Positions 27,944 through 37,149 of a stretch of 64,000 nt of DNA are shown piece after piece. A program made the translations under genes and the position numbers. Position 1 is the first letter of the stretch; each line of letters opens with the position of its first letter. The DNA comes from an uncultured Gammaproteobacteria bacterium (GTDB lineage: Bacteria; Patescibacteriota; Patescibacteriia; Magasanikbacterales; UBA922). The stretch is taken from NCBI GenBank assembly GCA_964418775.1, contig CAYQNA010000005.1:3066-67065 (forward strand), given 5' to 3'. Below the pieces are notes generated by a model. The model had not been told where the DNA came from. It saw only the letters and a program-made list of their open reading frames with translations, and made no database searches.

Positions 27944-29971
27944 ATGTCTGAACAATTCAGCAGCAATCGTCCGTCACGCCCACCACAACGTCGTTTTGTG
28001 CGTCGTCGCGTTGGCAGCACCACACTCGAGGCTGGCCCAGTGGCCGCTCGTCCCATTACGGCTCCTCGTCCAGCCCGTCAGTACCCAACGGCCCCACGTC
28101 CAGCTGTGGCCGGGGCTACACCCGTTACGCGTACATTTCAGCGTAATTCGGCAGCCAAGGGACGTTTTAACAATAATCGTCCAGCTGTGCCGCAACGCCC
28201 AGGTGGTTATGCGCCAGCGCCCCGTGCACCGCGTGCCAATGGTCCACGCTCGGCCGCTGGCTATCCAGTTCACACCGAGGCCGAAATTACCGTGCCGGGG
28301 GGCAATCCAAAAGCGCTCCGCATTATTCCGGTTGGTGGTTGTGAAGAGGTTGGTCGCAACATGACCATTTTTGAGTATGGTCAGGACATTGTCATTCTCG
28401 ACATGGGTTTGCAATTCCCCGAGGATGACATGCCGGGTATTGATTACATTATCCCAAACATCAAGTATTTGCAGGGCAAGGAGCACCGTGTGCGTGGTGT
28501 CGTGTTTAGTCACGGCCACCTTGACCACATTGGCGCGGCCCCAATTTTGTTGGAAAAATTAAATTACCCACCAGTTATTGCCATGCCTTTGACCTTGGCC
28601 ATGATTAAACGTCGCCAAGAAGATTTTAACAAAGGCTCAGTAGGTAAAATCAAAACCATCGAAGTTACTGATGTAAATAAGCGCATTCAACTTGGTGAAA
28701 TCACTGTGCGTTTTTTTCAGGTAGAGCACTCGATCATGGATTCGGTGGGAACAATTATCGAAACTCCAGCTGGTTCGGCAATTCACCCAGGTGACTGGAC
28801 CATGGAGCGTGATACCAGCGGTAACACGCATGTGCGTTACGACCACTTGGCCAATGTAGCGCGCCCATCGGTTTTAATGCTCGAAAGTTTGGGTGCCCTT
28901 AACGACCGCCGTCATGGCACGTACGAAGAAATGTACGCTAATTTGCACCGCATTATCACCGAGGCGCCAGGCCGTGTGATTGTAACCACGTTCGGTTCCC
29001 AGGTGGAGCGTGTTAAGTGGATTTTGTACGCTGCGGGTGAATTGGGTAAAAAAGTTGCGCTTGATGGCTACAGCATGAAGACCAACATCGAAATCGCCCA
29101 GCAACTCGGTTACATCAAGGTCAATCGCGGTGTCATGATTACGGTCGATGAAATCGATAATTATCCCGATGACAAAGTAGTTATCGTGTGTACAGGTGCG
29201 CAGGGTGAAGATCGTGCCGCTTTGTCCCGTATTTCCAGCGGTGAACATCGTGTGATCAAGTTACGCAAAAAAGACACGATCATTTTCTCGTCCTCGGTTA
29301 TTCCGGGCAACGAACGTTCGGTGCAACGCTTAAAAGATAATATCTACCGTCAGTCTGATCATGTTATTCACGGTGATTTGATGGATGTGCACGTTAGTGG
29401 CCACGCCACCCGTCGTGATATTGTGGATATTTTGCAGCAGATTCAACCAAACTACTTTATGCCGGTATACGGCAACCATTTCTTCCTCAAGGAAGCACGT
29501 AGTTTGGCCGTTTCGCAAGGTTTCCCCGAGGAGCACGCAGTGGTGCCAGATAACGGTTCGGTCATCGAGCTTGACGCAAGTGGGATTCGCACATTGCCAG
29601 GTAAAATCCCAACCGACTATGTGTTTGTAGATGGTTTGGGAATTAGCGACACCCAGCACGTTGTGCTCCGCGACCGTCAGGTTTTGGCCGAAGATGGTAT
29701 GTTGGTCGTAATCGCCACGGTTGATTCCAAGCGTGGGGTTCTCCTTCAGAATCCGGATATTATTTCGCGCGGGTTTGTATTCCTCAAGGATAACAAAGAT
29801 TTGATCGAAGACATTCGCCATAAAGTTAAGAAAATGGTGATTGAATCAAACCCAGCGACTTGGGCTGATAGTAACCAGATCCGCAACGACATCCGTGACA
29901 AAATTGGTCAATTCGTGTTTACTAAGACCGAGAAGCGACCAATGATTTTGCCAGTGGTAATCGAAGTCTAA
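27944..29971 (+). CDS. rnj: Ribonuclease J with ~115-aa basic Pro/Arg-rich N-terminal extension
   Basis: 675 aa; metallo-beta-lactamase HGHLDHIGAAP motif, beta-CASP and C-terminal domains. Confidence 0.9.
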   Translation: MSEQFSSNRPSRPPQRRFVRRRVGSTTLEAGPVAARPITAPRPARQYPTAPRPAVAGATPVTRTFQRNSAAKGRFNNNRPAVPQRPGGYAPAPRAPRANGPRSAAGYPVHTEAEITVPGGNPKALRIIPVGGCEEVGRNMTIFEYGQDIVILDMGLQFPEDDMPGIDYIIPNIKYLQGKEHRVRGVVFSHGHLDHIGAAPILLEKLNYPPVIAMPLTLAMIKRRQEDFNKGSVGKIKTIEVTDVNKRIQLGEITVRFFQVEHSIMDSVGTIIETPAGSAIHPGDWTMERDTSGNTHVRYDHLANVARPSVLMLESLGALNDRRHGTYEEMYANLHRIITEAPGRVIVTTFGSQVERVKWILYAAGELGKKVALDGYSMKTNIEIAQQLGYIKVNRGVMITVDEIDNYPDDKVVIVCTGAQGEDRAALSRISSGEHRVIKLRKKDTIIFSSSVIPGNERSVQRLKDNIYRQSDHVIHGDLMDVHVSGHATRRDIVDILQQIQPNYFMPVYGNHFFLKEARSLAVSQGFPEEHAVVPDNGSVIELDASGIRTLPGKIPTDYVFVDGLGISDTQHVVLRDRQVLAEDGMLVVIATVDSKRGVLLQNPDIISRGFVFLKDNKDLIEDIRHKVKKMVIESNPATWADSNQIRNDIRDKIGQFVFTKTEKRPMILPVVIEV

Positions 29972-29972
29972 T

Positions 29973-30167
29973 ATGAAAAAATTATTTCGTTCCCGCACTG
30001 ATCGCATGATTGCCGGGATTTGCGGGGGTTTGGCCGAATATTGGAACATTGACCCATCGCTCGTGCGCCTTGGTGTTTTGGCCTTGCTGTTTGTTAGTAG
30101 TGGTGGAATGGCGATTGCTTATATTGCTGGCGCCATCATAATTCCCGAAAAACCATTAAATCAATAA
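29973..30167 (+). CDS. PspC-domain membrane protein
   Basis: 64 aa; RSRTDRMIAGICGGLAEYWNIDPSLVR. Confidence 0.7.
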   Translation: MKKLFRSRTDRMIAGICGGLAEYWNIDPSLVRLGVLALLFVSSGGMAIAYIAGAIIIPEKPLNQ

Positions 30168-30176
30168 TTTACGCGT

Positions 30177-31160
30177 ATGTCTCGTCCAGTTATCTTGTCT
30201 GGGATCCAACCAACGGGGAATTTCCACGTGGGTAATTATTTGGGTGCAGTCAAAAACTGGGTGGATTTGCAGGCCAAAGGCGAGCATGAGATGTTTATTT
30301 TTATTCCTGACTTACATTCCTTGACTGGAGATTTGTCAGCTAATGAACGTCGCGCGCTCATGACAAATGCGGCGGTTGAATTATTAGCGTGTGGAATTGA
30401 CCCACAAAAAACAACCTTGTTTGTGCAGTCACACGTACCAGAACACGCGGAGTTGGCTTGGATTTTTAACTGTGTTACGCCTGTGGCCGAGCTCGAACGC
30501 ATGACGCAATACAAAGATAAGTCCGAAAAACAGGCCAAAAACATTAATGCTGGTTTGCTCACGTACCCCGCCTTAATGGCCGCCGATATTCTGCTGTACC
30601 GTGCGACGGTGATTCCGGTTGGTATGGATCAGATTCAGCATGTGGAATTAACTCGTGATACCGCGCGTTGGTTTAATAATCGGTTTGGTGAATTTTTTGC
30701 AGAACCAAAGCACTTGTTGTCGCCAGTCCCAAAAGTAATGAGTTTGACTGAACCGACCAAGAAGATGAGCAAGAGTCATGGTGCAGATACAGTGCTTTAT
30801 TTGTCCGACGAGCCTGCCGAATTATTGCGTAAATTAAAAAAGGCCGTGACTGCGACCGAAGGCGGGGTTGGCGCGCCCGGAGTGCAGAATTTGCTTGATT
30901 TATTGATGCGCTTTGGCAGCGCAGAAGCGCACGCCCAATTTGTGGCAGCGGAAAAAGACGGGGGTATTCGCTACGGCGATCTAAAAGCTGCTGTGGCCGA
31001 AGCCGTGGGAAATTATTTTGCGGATTTCCGTGCGCGTCGTCAAGAATTGCTGGCTAACCCAGCGGAAATCGATCGTATTCTGGCTGATGGGGCCGAACGT
31101 GCCCGCGCTGTGGCGCAGAAGACAATGAGTGAGGTGAGAAAATTAGTGGGCATTCGATAA
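30177..31160 (+). CDS. trpS: Tryptophan--tRNA ligase
   Basis: 327 aa; HVGNYLGA (HIGH) and KMSKS motifs. Confidence 0.95.
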   Translation: MSRPVILSGIQPTGNFHVGNYLGAVKNWVDLQAKGEHEMFIFIPDLHSLTGDLSANERRALMTNAAVELLACGIDPQKTTLFVQSHVPEHAELAWIFNCVTPVAELERMTQYKDKSEKQAKNINAGLLTYPALMAADILLYRATVIPVGMDQIQHVELTRDTARWFNNRFGEFFAEPKHLLSPVPKVMSLTEPTKKMSKSHGADTVLYLSDEPAELLRKLKKAVTATEGGVGAPGVQNLLDLLMRFGSAEAHAQFVAAEKDGGIRYGDLKAAVAEAVGNYFADFRARRQELLANPAEIDRILADGAERARAVAQKTMSEVRKLVGIR

Positions 31161-31216
31161 TTAAAATCAAATTCTAAAAACCGCCCTTACAGACGGTTTT
31201 TTAGTGCAGAAATATT

Positions 31217-31235
31217 AATGCAACTAAGTTGCACT
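31217..31235. promoter_or_regulatory. Putative Zur box 1 (AATGCAACTAAGTTGCACT)
   Basis: 9-1-9 palindrome, one mismatch to consensus; 17 bp upstream of TTGACA (31252-31257). Confidence 0.55.
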
Positions 31236-31290
31236 TATCCACAGGCTTATATTGACAACGTAGTCCTGATAGGGTACAGTGCATATGTCT

Positions 31291-31309
31291 AATGCAACTA
31301 AGTTGCTTT
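31291..31309. promoter_or_regulatory. Putative Zur box 2 (AATGCAACTAAGTTGCTTT)
   Basis: lies just downstream of predicted -10 TACAGT (31275-31280), upstream of the His/Cys-repeat protein gene. Confidence 0.55.
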
Positions 31310-31378
31310 TGGCCCAACCGGACAGCTTCCTGAGACGCCGTCTGTCCGGTTGGTTCATATCCTTCCTGAGTATACTCT

Positions 31379-32926
31379 ATGGCCTGGCACGGCCGTTTTT
31401 TAATCATGGCAATTATTGGGCTGACCAGTTTCTGGGCGCAGTCTGTTTTGGCTTTAAATGTATTTGTCGATGCCTGTCAGCCAGTTTTTAAGGGAATTCA
31501 AATCAAACGCAATTTTTCTAATACGTGGCAAACATTAACAAACGGCTGTCGTGATGCCGGGTATGGTTTACGAGATTATACATTACAGTGCCTTTCTAGC
31601 ACGCAATACCGGGTAGAGTGGAGTGAGTGTGTGGTGCCGACAGAAACTCAAACTACGCCACAAAATACGCCTGTAGTAAGTGTGCCGGCGCCAGTGAATG
31701 TTCAGCCAATTATTCAACCAGTGGCAATGCCATCTCCAGTTGAAACGTTTGACTCGCACGCTTTAGAGGCAGTAGCGGGCACGTCAGTGAGCAATGCCTG
31801 TAGCGGACATGGCTGGGTGCATGGCGATCATTGTCATTGTGATGCGGGATATTATGCCGCTGGTTTGGAATGCCGGGCATTACCTACAACTTCTGTTCCG
31901 ACCCCTGTATCTGTTGTGGCTTCAGCCTCATCACATAATCAGCCTGTTACGCAAGTAGCTGTTCAGACTAATACGCAATCAGTGGTTGTGGCGTGTAGCG
32001 GACATGGTTGGGTTCACGGAGACCACTGCCACTGTGACGCGGGGTATTATGCCTCCGGATTACAGTGTTTAACTCTGCCTTCATCTACACCGGTTCAGTT
32101 AGTAAATGCTCAGGCGGCTGTAAAAAATACAACCCCGACTGTTAAGAATTCCGGGTCAACGACTGGAGCCGCTAAATCGACTGTCGGAAACACAAAAACA
32201 GCCCTAGAATGCAATGGCCATGGCTGGATTCATGGCGATCATTGTCATTGTGATGCGGGATATTATGCCTCTGGCACACAATGCCTGGCTTTGCCGGGCA
32301 CAGTTTTAAATAGTACTAATAACAAAACCGAATCAATTAAAAGCTCCACAAAAAGCACTATTGCCACTGCTGTAAAAAAACCATCAAATGAGATGGTTCC
32401 TGTTCAAACTACCACTCCAATTATTGAATGTAATGGCCACGGCCATTTACATGGTGACCAGTGTCACTGTGATAACGGATTTGTAGCCGAAGGTCAGAGC
32501 TGCGTAATAATGCCACAACGAGAAGCGGTCGTGTTTAAGGCCATAAATGGCCATTCTTATAAAGACGGAGATTTTTGGGTGCGACCACTAACATTGTTTG
32601 TCTATGATTTTGAGGGTAAATCAATTGTGCATTGGGAGGGTGCGCAAGGGGACTATGATGGGTTTTTAGTGTATGTCAAACCTGGGAGTTTTGCTGGTCC
32701 ACTTGACGCGTATCAGCCAATTTGGCTTAGCCGACGTCAATATTCATTTGCTTATGATTCGGCCCGTTCTGGTCAGCACACAATGTATGTTTTTCCGTAT
32801 ATTACCTTAACTAATGGGGAAGTCCGTCGTTTGGAACCAGGCGGGGTTATTTCTTGGATTCAACCTGGCCAGACTCCGAAACTTTCGGGTTGGCAGATTT
32901 TTTTGAATATTTTGAAAGGAAATTAG
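31379..32926 (+). CDS. Secreted His/Cys-rich tandem-repeat protein (putative metal/zinc-binding)
   Basis: 515 aa; signal-like N-terminus; four ~65-aa repeats each containing C(S/N)GHGWxHGDHCHCDAGYYAxGxxC; C-terminal ~130-aa domain. Confidence 0.6.
   Translation: MAWHGRFLIMAIIGLTSFWAQSVLALNVFVDACQPVFKGIQIKRNFSNTWQTLTNGCRDAGYGLRDYTLQCLSSTQYRVEWSECVVPTETQTTPQNTPVVSVPAPVNVQPIIQPVAMPSPVETFDSHALEAVAGTSVSNACSGHGWVHGDHCHCDAGYYAAGLECRALPTTSVPTPVSVVASASSHNQPVTQVAVQTNTQSVVVACSGHGWVHGDHCHCDAGYYASGLQCLTLPSSTPVQLVNAQAAVKNTTPTVKNSGSTTGAAKSTVGNTKTALECNGHGWIHGDHCHCDAGYYASGTQCLALPGTVLNSTNNKTESIKSSTKSTIATAVKKPSNEMVPVQTTTPIIECNGHGHLHGDQCHCDNGFVAEGQSCVIMPQREAVVFKAINGHSYKDGDFWVRPLTLFVYDFEGKSIVHWEGAQGDYDGFLVYVKPGSFAGPLDAYQPIWLSRRQYSFAYDSARSGQHTMYVFPYITLTNGEVRRLEPGGVISWIQPGQTPKLSGWQIFLNILKGN
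31795..32500 (+). repeat. Four coding tandem repeats (~200 bp period) of the His/Cys motif
   Basis: tagcggacatggctgggtgcatggcgatcattgtcattgtgatgcgggatattatgcc recurs with variants at ~31801, ~31999, ~32213, ~32425. Confidence 0.7.
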
Positions 32927-32951
32927 AGCTGTCCACAGGGTCCTCTTGACA

Positions 32952-32970
32952 AATGCAACCCAGTTGCATT
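32952..32970. promoter_or_regulatory. Putative Zur box 3a (AATGCAACCCAGTTGCATT)
   Basis: immediately follows TTGACA at 32945-32950. Confidence 0.55.
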
Positions 32971-32986
32971 AGAATGGCAACAGACA

Positions 32987-33005
32987 AACGCAACTAAGTT
33001 GCATT
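32987..33005. promoter_or_regulatory. Putative Zur box 3b (AACGCAACTAAGTTGCATT)
   Basis: abuts RBS GGAGGGG (33006-33012) of the downstream lipoprotein gene. Confidence 0.55.
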
Positions 33006-33016
33006 GGAGGGGTCTC

Positions 33017-34219
33017 ATGAGGGGTATTCAGATCATCGTCCTCGCCATCGTTGCCATGGTCCTCGGCGCCTGCAAGGGTGCTGTCGTGACCAAGTCAGTT
33101 GTCTGTGAGCGTGGTAACTCCGCGCTGGATGCGGACTGCGATGGACAAGACGACGACTGCGACGGCGAGACGGACGAGGGCTTCGAGCCCACGTCCACGC
33201 AGTGCGGCCAGGGTGGCTGCGAGGCCAGCGGGGAGACCCGCTGCGTCAATGGCAAGAAGGTCAACTCCTGCCGTCCGGGACAGAAGCACGACGAATCGTG
33301 CAACAATCAGGATGATGACTGTGACGGCCAGACTGACGAAAACGTCGACCGTCTATGCATGGTCTCGTGCACATCGGGTCGCGAACAATGTTCGGCCGGG
33401 CGGTGGGGCGCGTGTGACGCGCCTGGTCCTCAGGCAGAGGTCTGCGGGGACGGCATCGACAACGACTGCAACAATATCACGGACGACGGCTGTCCGCCGC
33501 CCGCACCCAAGTGCGGGGACGGCACGTGCAGCGAGCCGACTGAGTCTTGCGATTCGTGTCCGTCGGATTGTGACGTCTGTCCCACCGAGTGCGGTGATGG
33601 CACGTGTGACACGGTTCAAGGTGAAAGCAGCCAACAGTGCGTGGTCGACTGCCCCGAGCAGTGCGGCAACGGCTACTGTGGTCAAGCCGAGGACGCGGGC
33701 AACTGCAGCATCGATTGTCCCGCGACGTGCGGAGACAAAATCTGTAGTGCGACCGAGTCCGCCAAGTCCTGTCTGGACGACTGTCCCGTGACCTGCGGCG
33801 ACGGTGTCTGCACCACGTCTCAAGACGAGGACGCAGGCAGCTGCGCCAAGGACTGCGCGGACGAGTGCGGCGATAACATCTGCGGGGTGACCGAAAATAC
33901 CTGTACGTGCGACGACTGCACTGGCGCGTGCTGCGGCGACGAGGTCTGCGATGCGGACGAGGGCTACGAAACGTGCCCGTCCGACTGCAAGAAACCGACC
34001 TGTGAGGCCGACAGCGACTGCGGACCGACCCCGGTCGTGGGGCAGTTCACCCTGAACTGGTGCCACCACTGGGCCGAGCCGCGGCATTGCCACGGCGTCG
34101 TGGACTGCTCGCAGGACGCGAGCAAGTGCGACGACCCCGAGCTCGTCGGTCCGTACGCCGGCAAGACCGCGTGCCAGGAGCCCTTCCCGGGCTTCAAGGC
34201 CTGCGTCTTGATCGAATAA
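33017..34219 (+). CDS. Cys/Asp-rich repeat lipoprotein encoded by GC-rich (foreign) DNA
   Basis: ORF track 32999-34219 (TTG); likely ATG 33017; MRGIQIIVLAIVAMVLGAC lipobox; >12 repeats of C-x2-DCP-x2-CGDGxC type and DDDCDG motifs; GC and third-position G/C far above surrounding genes. Confidence 0.6.
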   Translation: MRGIQIIVLAIVAMVLGACKGAVVTKSVVCERGNSALDADCDGQDDDCDGETDEGFEPTSTQCGQGGCEASGETRCVNGKKVNSCRPGQKHDESCNNQDDDCDGQTDENVDRLCMVSCTSGREQCSAGRWGACDAPGPQAEVCGDGIDNDCNNITDDGCPPPAPKCGDGTCSEPTESCDSCPSDCDVCPTECGDGTCDTVQGESSQQCVVDCPEQCGNGYCGQAEDAGNCSIDCPATCGDKICSATESAKSCLDDCPVTCGDGVCTTSQDEDAGSCAKDCADECGDNICGVTENTCTCDDCTGACCGDEVCDADEGYETCPSDCKKPTCEADSDCGPTPVVGQFTLNWCHHWAEPRHCHGVVDCSQDASKCDDPELVGPYAGKTACQEPFPGFKACVLIE

Positions 34220-34367
34220 ACCCCAAGCGATCGCGGCGCGTTAAGCGACCGTTTGGGAAAATCAATCACGTCAGGGGTGCAACGCGCTGCATCCCTACCT
34301 ACAAATTGATAAACTTTTGGAATTGCTTGTTTCTAGAATTTTATTAATTTATTTATATTTTAGGATT

Positions 34368-34925
34368 ATGAAATTGAAATTATATTTAGGTATTATTGGT
34401 GGTTTGGTGGCCGCTACTTTTATTGGTGGTGTAACATACGCAGCCTTTAATCCTTCCAGTAACGTGGTCCCGGTTGATGTGTGTTATTCAGCAGGCAAAA
34501 ACGCAGTTACGGTGCGTCGTTTTGGGGCGGTTTATCGTTTGAACCCAGGCTGTTATGACGCAGGCCACGGTAAGCGCAATTATACATTTCAATGCGTGAG
34601 TTCCAATCGCTATCAGGTTAAATGGACTGGTTGTGGTAATTCTATGCCTGCACCAACCCCAACCCCAACCCCAACCCCAACCCCAACCCCAACCCCAACC
34701 CCAACCCCACCAGCGAAATTTGTCTGCTCATCTCACAATGATTGCAATGATAATGTTGCCCATACTGTCGACTGGTGTCATAGTCCTGGTACAGCGGATT
34801 CACATTGCCATAATGACGTCATTCAGTGTAATAGCGACAGTCAATGTCAGCCCGCCACAGGCCTAACAGGCTACAGTTGCGGCACACCATTTGGTGCCAG
34901 CGCCCCTAAATTCTGCACAAAGTAG
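34368..34925 (+). CDS. Secreted protein with conserved N-domain, (PT)n linker and Cys/His-rich C-terminus
   Basis: ORF track 34317 (TTG); ATG 34368 MKLKLYLGIIGGLVAATFIGG; N-domain ends GCYDAGHGKRNYTFQC...YQVKWTGC; PTPTPT x9; C-terminal CSSHNDCNDN...CHSPG...HCHND. Confidence 0.55.
   Translation: MKLKLYLGIIGGLVAATFIGGVTYAAFNPSSNVVPVDVCYSAGKNAVTVRRFGAVYRLNPGCYDAGHGKRNYTFQCVSSNRYQVKWTGCGNSMPAPTPTPTPTPTPTPTPTPTPPAKFVCSSHNDCNDNVAHTVDWCHSPGTADSHCHNDVIQCNSDSQCQPATGLTGYSCGTPFGASAPKFCTK
34652..34708 (+). repeat. (CCAACC)n hexanucleotide repeat encoding Pro-Thr linker
   Basis: ~9 tandem copies of ccaacc. Confidence 0.8.
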
Positions 34926-34932
34926 ATTGACA

Positions 34933-34951
34933 AACGCAACTTAATTGCGTA
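34933..34951. promoter_or_regulatory. Putative Zur box 4 (AACGCAACTTAATTGCGTA), autoregulatory
   Basis: near-palindrome sharing GCAACT-n-AnTTGC core, 13 bp upstream of the Fur-family gene start. Confidence 0.5.
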
Positions 34952-34963
34952 TAGTGGGGGAAT

Positions 34964-35404
34964 ATGAAAACTGACCATATCCTAACCACCCTTAAGGCGC
35001 GAGGCGAGCGCTTAACTCCAGCCCGTCGCTTGATTATTGAATTATTTGTGAAGCAGGACGCGCCAGTATCAGCCGATGATATTCGCGCTGCTCTGACTAA
35101 GAAAAAAGTAACGGTCAATAAAACAACCGTGTATCGTGAACTAGAGTTTTTGTTGGCGGCTGGTTTTATCCGTCCAGTATACCTCAATGACCAGCGTAAA
35201 TATTATGAGTTGGCGTTAGTGGACAGTGAACACCATCATCATGTAGTCTGTCGCGATTGCGGGCGTGTCGAAGATGTGGAGGTTGGGGGCGTGGAAAAAT
35301 TACTAGCTCCACTGGAAAAAAAGCTGGCTAAAAAAATTAAATTTGCCGATATTCGGCACAGCTTGGAGTTTTTTGGATGGTGTGGTAGGTGTCGTCGTTC
35401 TTAA
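34964..35404 (+). CDS. zur: Fur-family metalloregulator, probably Zur
   Basis: 146 aa; wHTH N-domain, HHHH and CxxC...CxxC metal sites; sits directly upstream of znuACB. Confidence 0.75.
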   Translation: MKTDHILTTLKARGERLTPARRLIIELFVKQDAPVSADDIRAALTKKKVTVNKTTVYRELEFLLAAGFIRPVYLNDQRKYYELALVDSEHHHHVVCRDCGRVEDVEVGGVEKLLAPLEKKLAKKIKFADIRHSLEFFGWCGRCRRS

Positions 35405-35424
35405 CTATTTCTGTTTTCTTTGGT

Positions 35425-36393
35425 ATGGCTAATAAATTTTTGGCCACGGTTGGAATTTTTGCAATTATTGCGGCAATTGGTTGGACTGCCACGCACCGTA
35501 CTCAAACCGTTGATAAATCGGTTGGAGTTGTTGACGACACCAAGATTACTGTTGCCGCCACTTTCTATCCCTTGGCATATTTGGCCGAGCAAGTTGGTGG
35601 GGGGCAGATTACCGTTATTAACGCGACACCAACCGGCGTTGAGCCGCACGATTATGAACCAAGCCCGCGTGAGTTAGTCAAAGTGGGCGAGGCTGATGTT
35701 TTGCTGATTAACGGTGCTGGTCTGGATCCATGGGCCGAAAAGGCCAGTGTGGATTGGCAGAAAAACGGGCAGCGTGTACTGGTAATGAGTGAAGTGTTGG
35801 AAACACTGCCAACTGCCGAGGAGCATGAGGAAGAACACGAAGACGAACATGCTCATGAACATGGTGCGTATGACCCACATTTTTGGCTTGACCCAGTGCG
35901 CGCACGCCAAATGATTGGGGTGATTCGCGACGCCTTAATTCAAGCTGATCCTACACACGCTGACCAATACCGCCAAAACGCTGTGGAGGCAGTGGGGCGC
36001 ATGTCTAAGCTCGATGATGATTACAAAACTGGTCTAGCCAGCTGCCAACAACGCGAAATTGTGGCGGCCCATGATGCGTATAATTATTTGGCCAATCGTT
36101 ATGATTTGGAATTGCACGCCATCGCGGGTCTGAGTCCCGATGCGGAGCCATCGGCGCGCCGTTTGGCTGATTTGGCAAATTTGATAAAGGCGCGTGAAAT
36201 CAGTACGATTTTTTTTGAAACGTTAGCTTCGCCAAAATTAGCAGACACATTGGCTCGTGAAACTGGGGCCAAAACTGCGGTCCTAAATCCGATTGAGGGT
36301 TTAACTGCCGAGCAAATAGTTGGTGGTAAAAATTATGATATACTAATGCGAGAGAACTTAGCGCAATTGCGTCTCGCCCTGGTATGCCAATAA
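35425..36393 (+). CDS. znuA: Zinc ABC transporter substrate-binding protein
   Basis: ORF track 35389 (GTG); ATG 35425; cluster-9 SBP with His/Glu-rich loop EEHEEEHEDEHAHEHG. Confidence 0.8.
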   Translation: MANKFLATVGIFAIIAAIGWTATHRTQTVDKSVGVVDDTKITVAATFYPLAYLAEQVGGGQITVINATPTGVEPHDYEPSPRELVKVGEADVLLINGAGLDPWAEKASVDWQKNGQRVLVMSEVLETLPTAEEHEEEHEDEHAHEHGAYDPHFWLDPVRARQMIGVIRDALIQADPTHADQYRQNAVEAVGRMSKLDDDYKTGLASCQQREIVAAHDAYNYLANRYDLELHAIAGLSPDAEPSARRLADLANLIKAREISTIFFETLASPKLADTLARETGAKTAVLNPIEGLTAEQIVGGKNYDILMRENLAQLRLALVCQ

Positions 36394-37148
36394 AAAAACA
36401 CGACAACGAAAACTGTATTCAATTTAACCACGTTGATTTTGCGTACGGCACGGCACCGGTTTTGAGTGACGTGTCGTTTTCAATTCCTGTCGGTGATTAT
36501 GTGGGTGTAATTGGTCCAAATGGCGGGGGAAAAACAACTTTGTTGAAGTTATTGCTGGGTATTTTAAAGCCTGATGCGGGCACAATTCAATTGTTTGGGC
36601 ACAGTGTGCGCGAAGCCAAAGCGCATTATGAAATCGGGTATGTACCGCAAAATGTGGTCCAAACTGATTTGGCGTTTCCGGCAACTGTGGCCGAAGTGGT
36701 GGCAAGTGGACGCACACGGCGTCGTGGTTTACTCGGTGGCATGAGCAAAAGTGATCGCACGGCCGTTGAGCAGGCGATTGAATTGACCGGTGTGCGTGAA
36801 TTTCAGGGCGCGCGTTTGGGTGAACTCTCGGGCGGGCAGCGTCAGCGTGCATTTATTGCACGCGCCCTGGCTGGTGAACCAAAAATTTTAATTCTCGACG
36901 AGCCAACTGTGGGCGTTGATATTGCTTCGGTCACGCAGTTCAACCGTGTGCTTGATGAATTAAATGCGAGCGGACTCACGATTTTACTGGTGTCGCACGA
37001 TGTTGATGCAGTGGCCACGCAAGTAAAACACGTTTTGTGCATTAACAAGGAGGTCGTGTGTCATGTGGCTTCGCGTCAATTTGATAAAGCGGGCACACTG
37101 CGTGATTTGTATGGCGGCGCGCGCCAGCCGGTTGCACATGACCACTAG
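36384..37148 (+). CDS. znuC: Zinc ABC transporter ATP-binding protein
   Basis: 254 aa; Walker A GPNGGGKTT, LSGGQRQR signature, Walker B ILILDEP. Confidence 0.85.
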   Translation: MPIKKHDNENCIQFNHVDFAYGTAPVLSDVSFSIPVGDYVGVIGPNGGGKTTLLKLLLGILKPDAGTIQLFGHSVREAKAHYEIGYVPQNVVQTDLAFPATVAEVVASGRTRRRGLLGGMSKSDRTAVEQAIELTGVREFQGARLGELSGGQRQRAFIARALAGEPKILILDEPTVGVDIASVTQFNRVLDELNASGLTILLVSHDVDAVATQVKHVLCINKEVVCHVASRQFDKAGTLRDLYGGARQPVAHDH

Positions 37149-37149
37149 T

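Noticed and set aside
33099-34093. Large alternative-frame ORFs (33099-33791 +, 33353-34093 -) inside the GC-rich island
   Set aside because: Arg/Ala-rich products typical of spurious ORFs in high-GC DNA; the frame starting at 33017 has a lipobox signal peptide and regular Cys repeats
34262-34290. TGCAACGCGCTGCA as a sixth Zur box upstream of the 34368 gene
   Set aside because: Only one half-site matches and spacing differs; it lies in the GC-rich foreign segment; that gene may instead be read through from the upstream promoter
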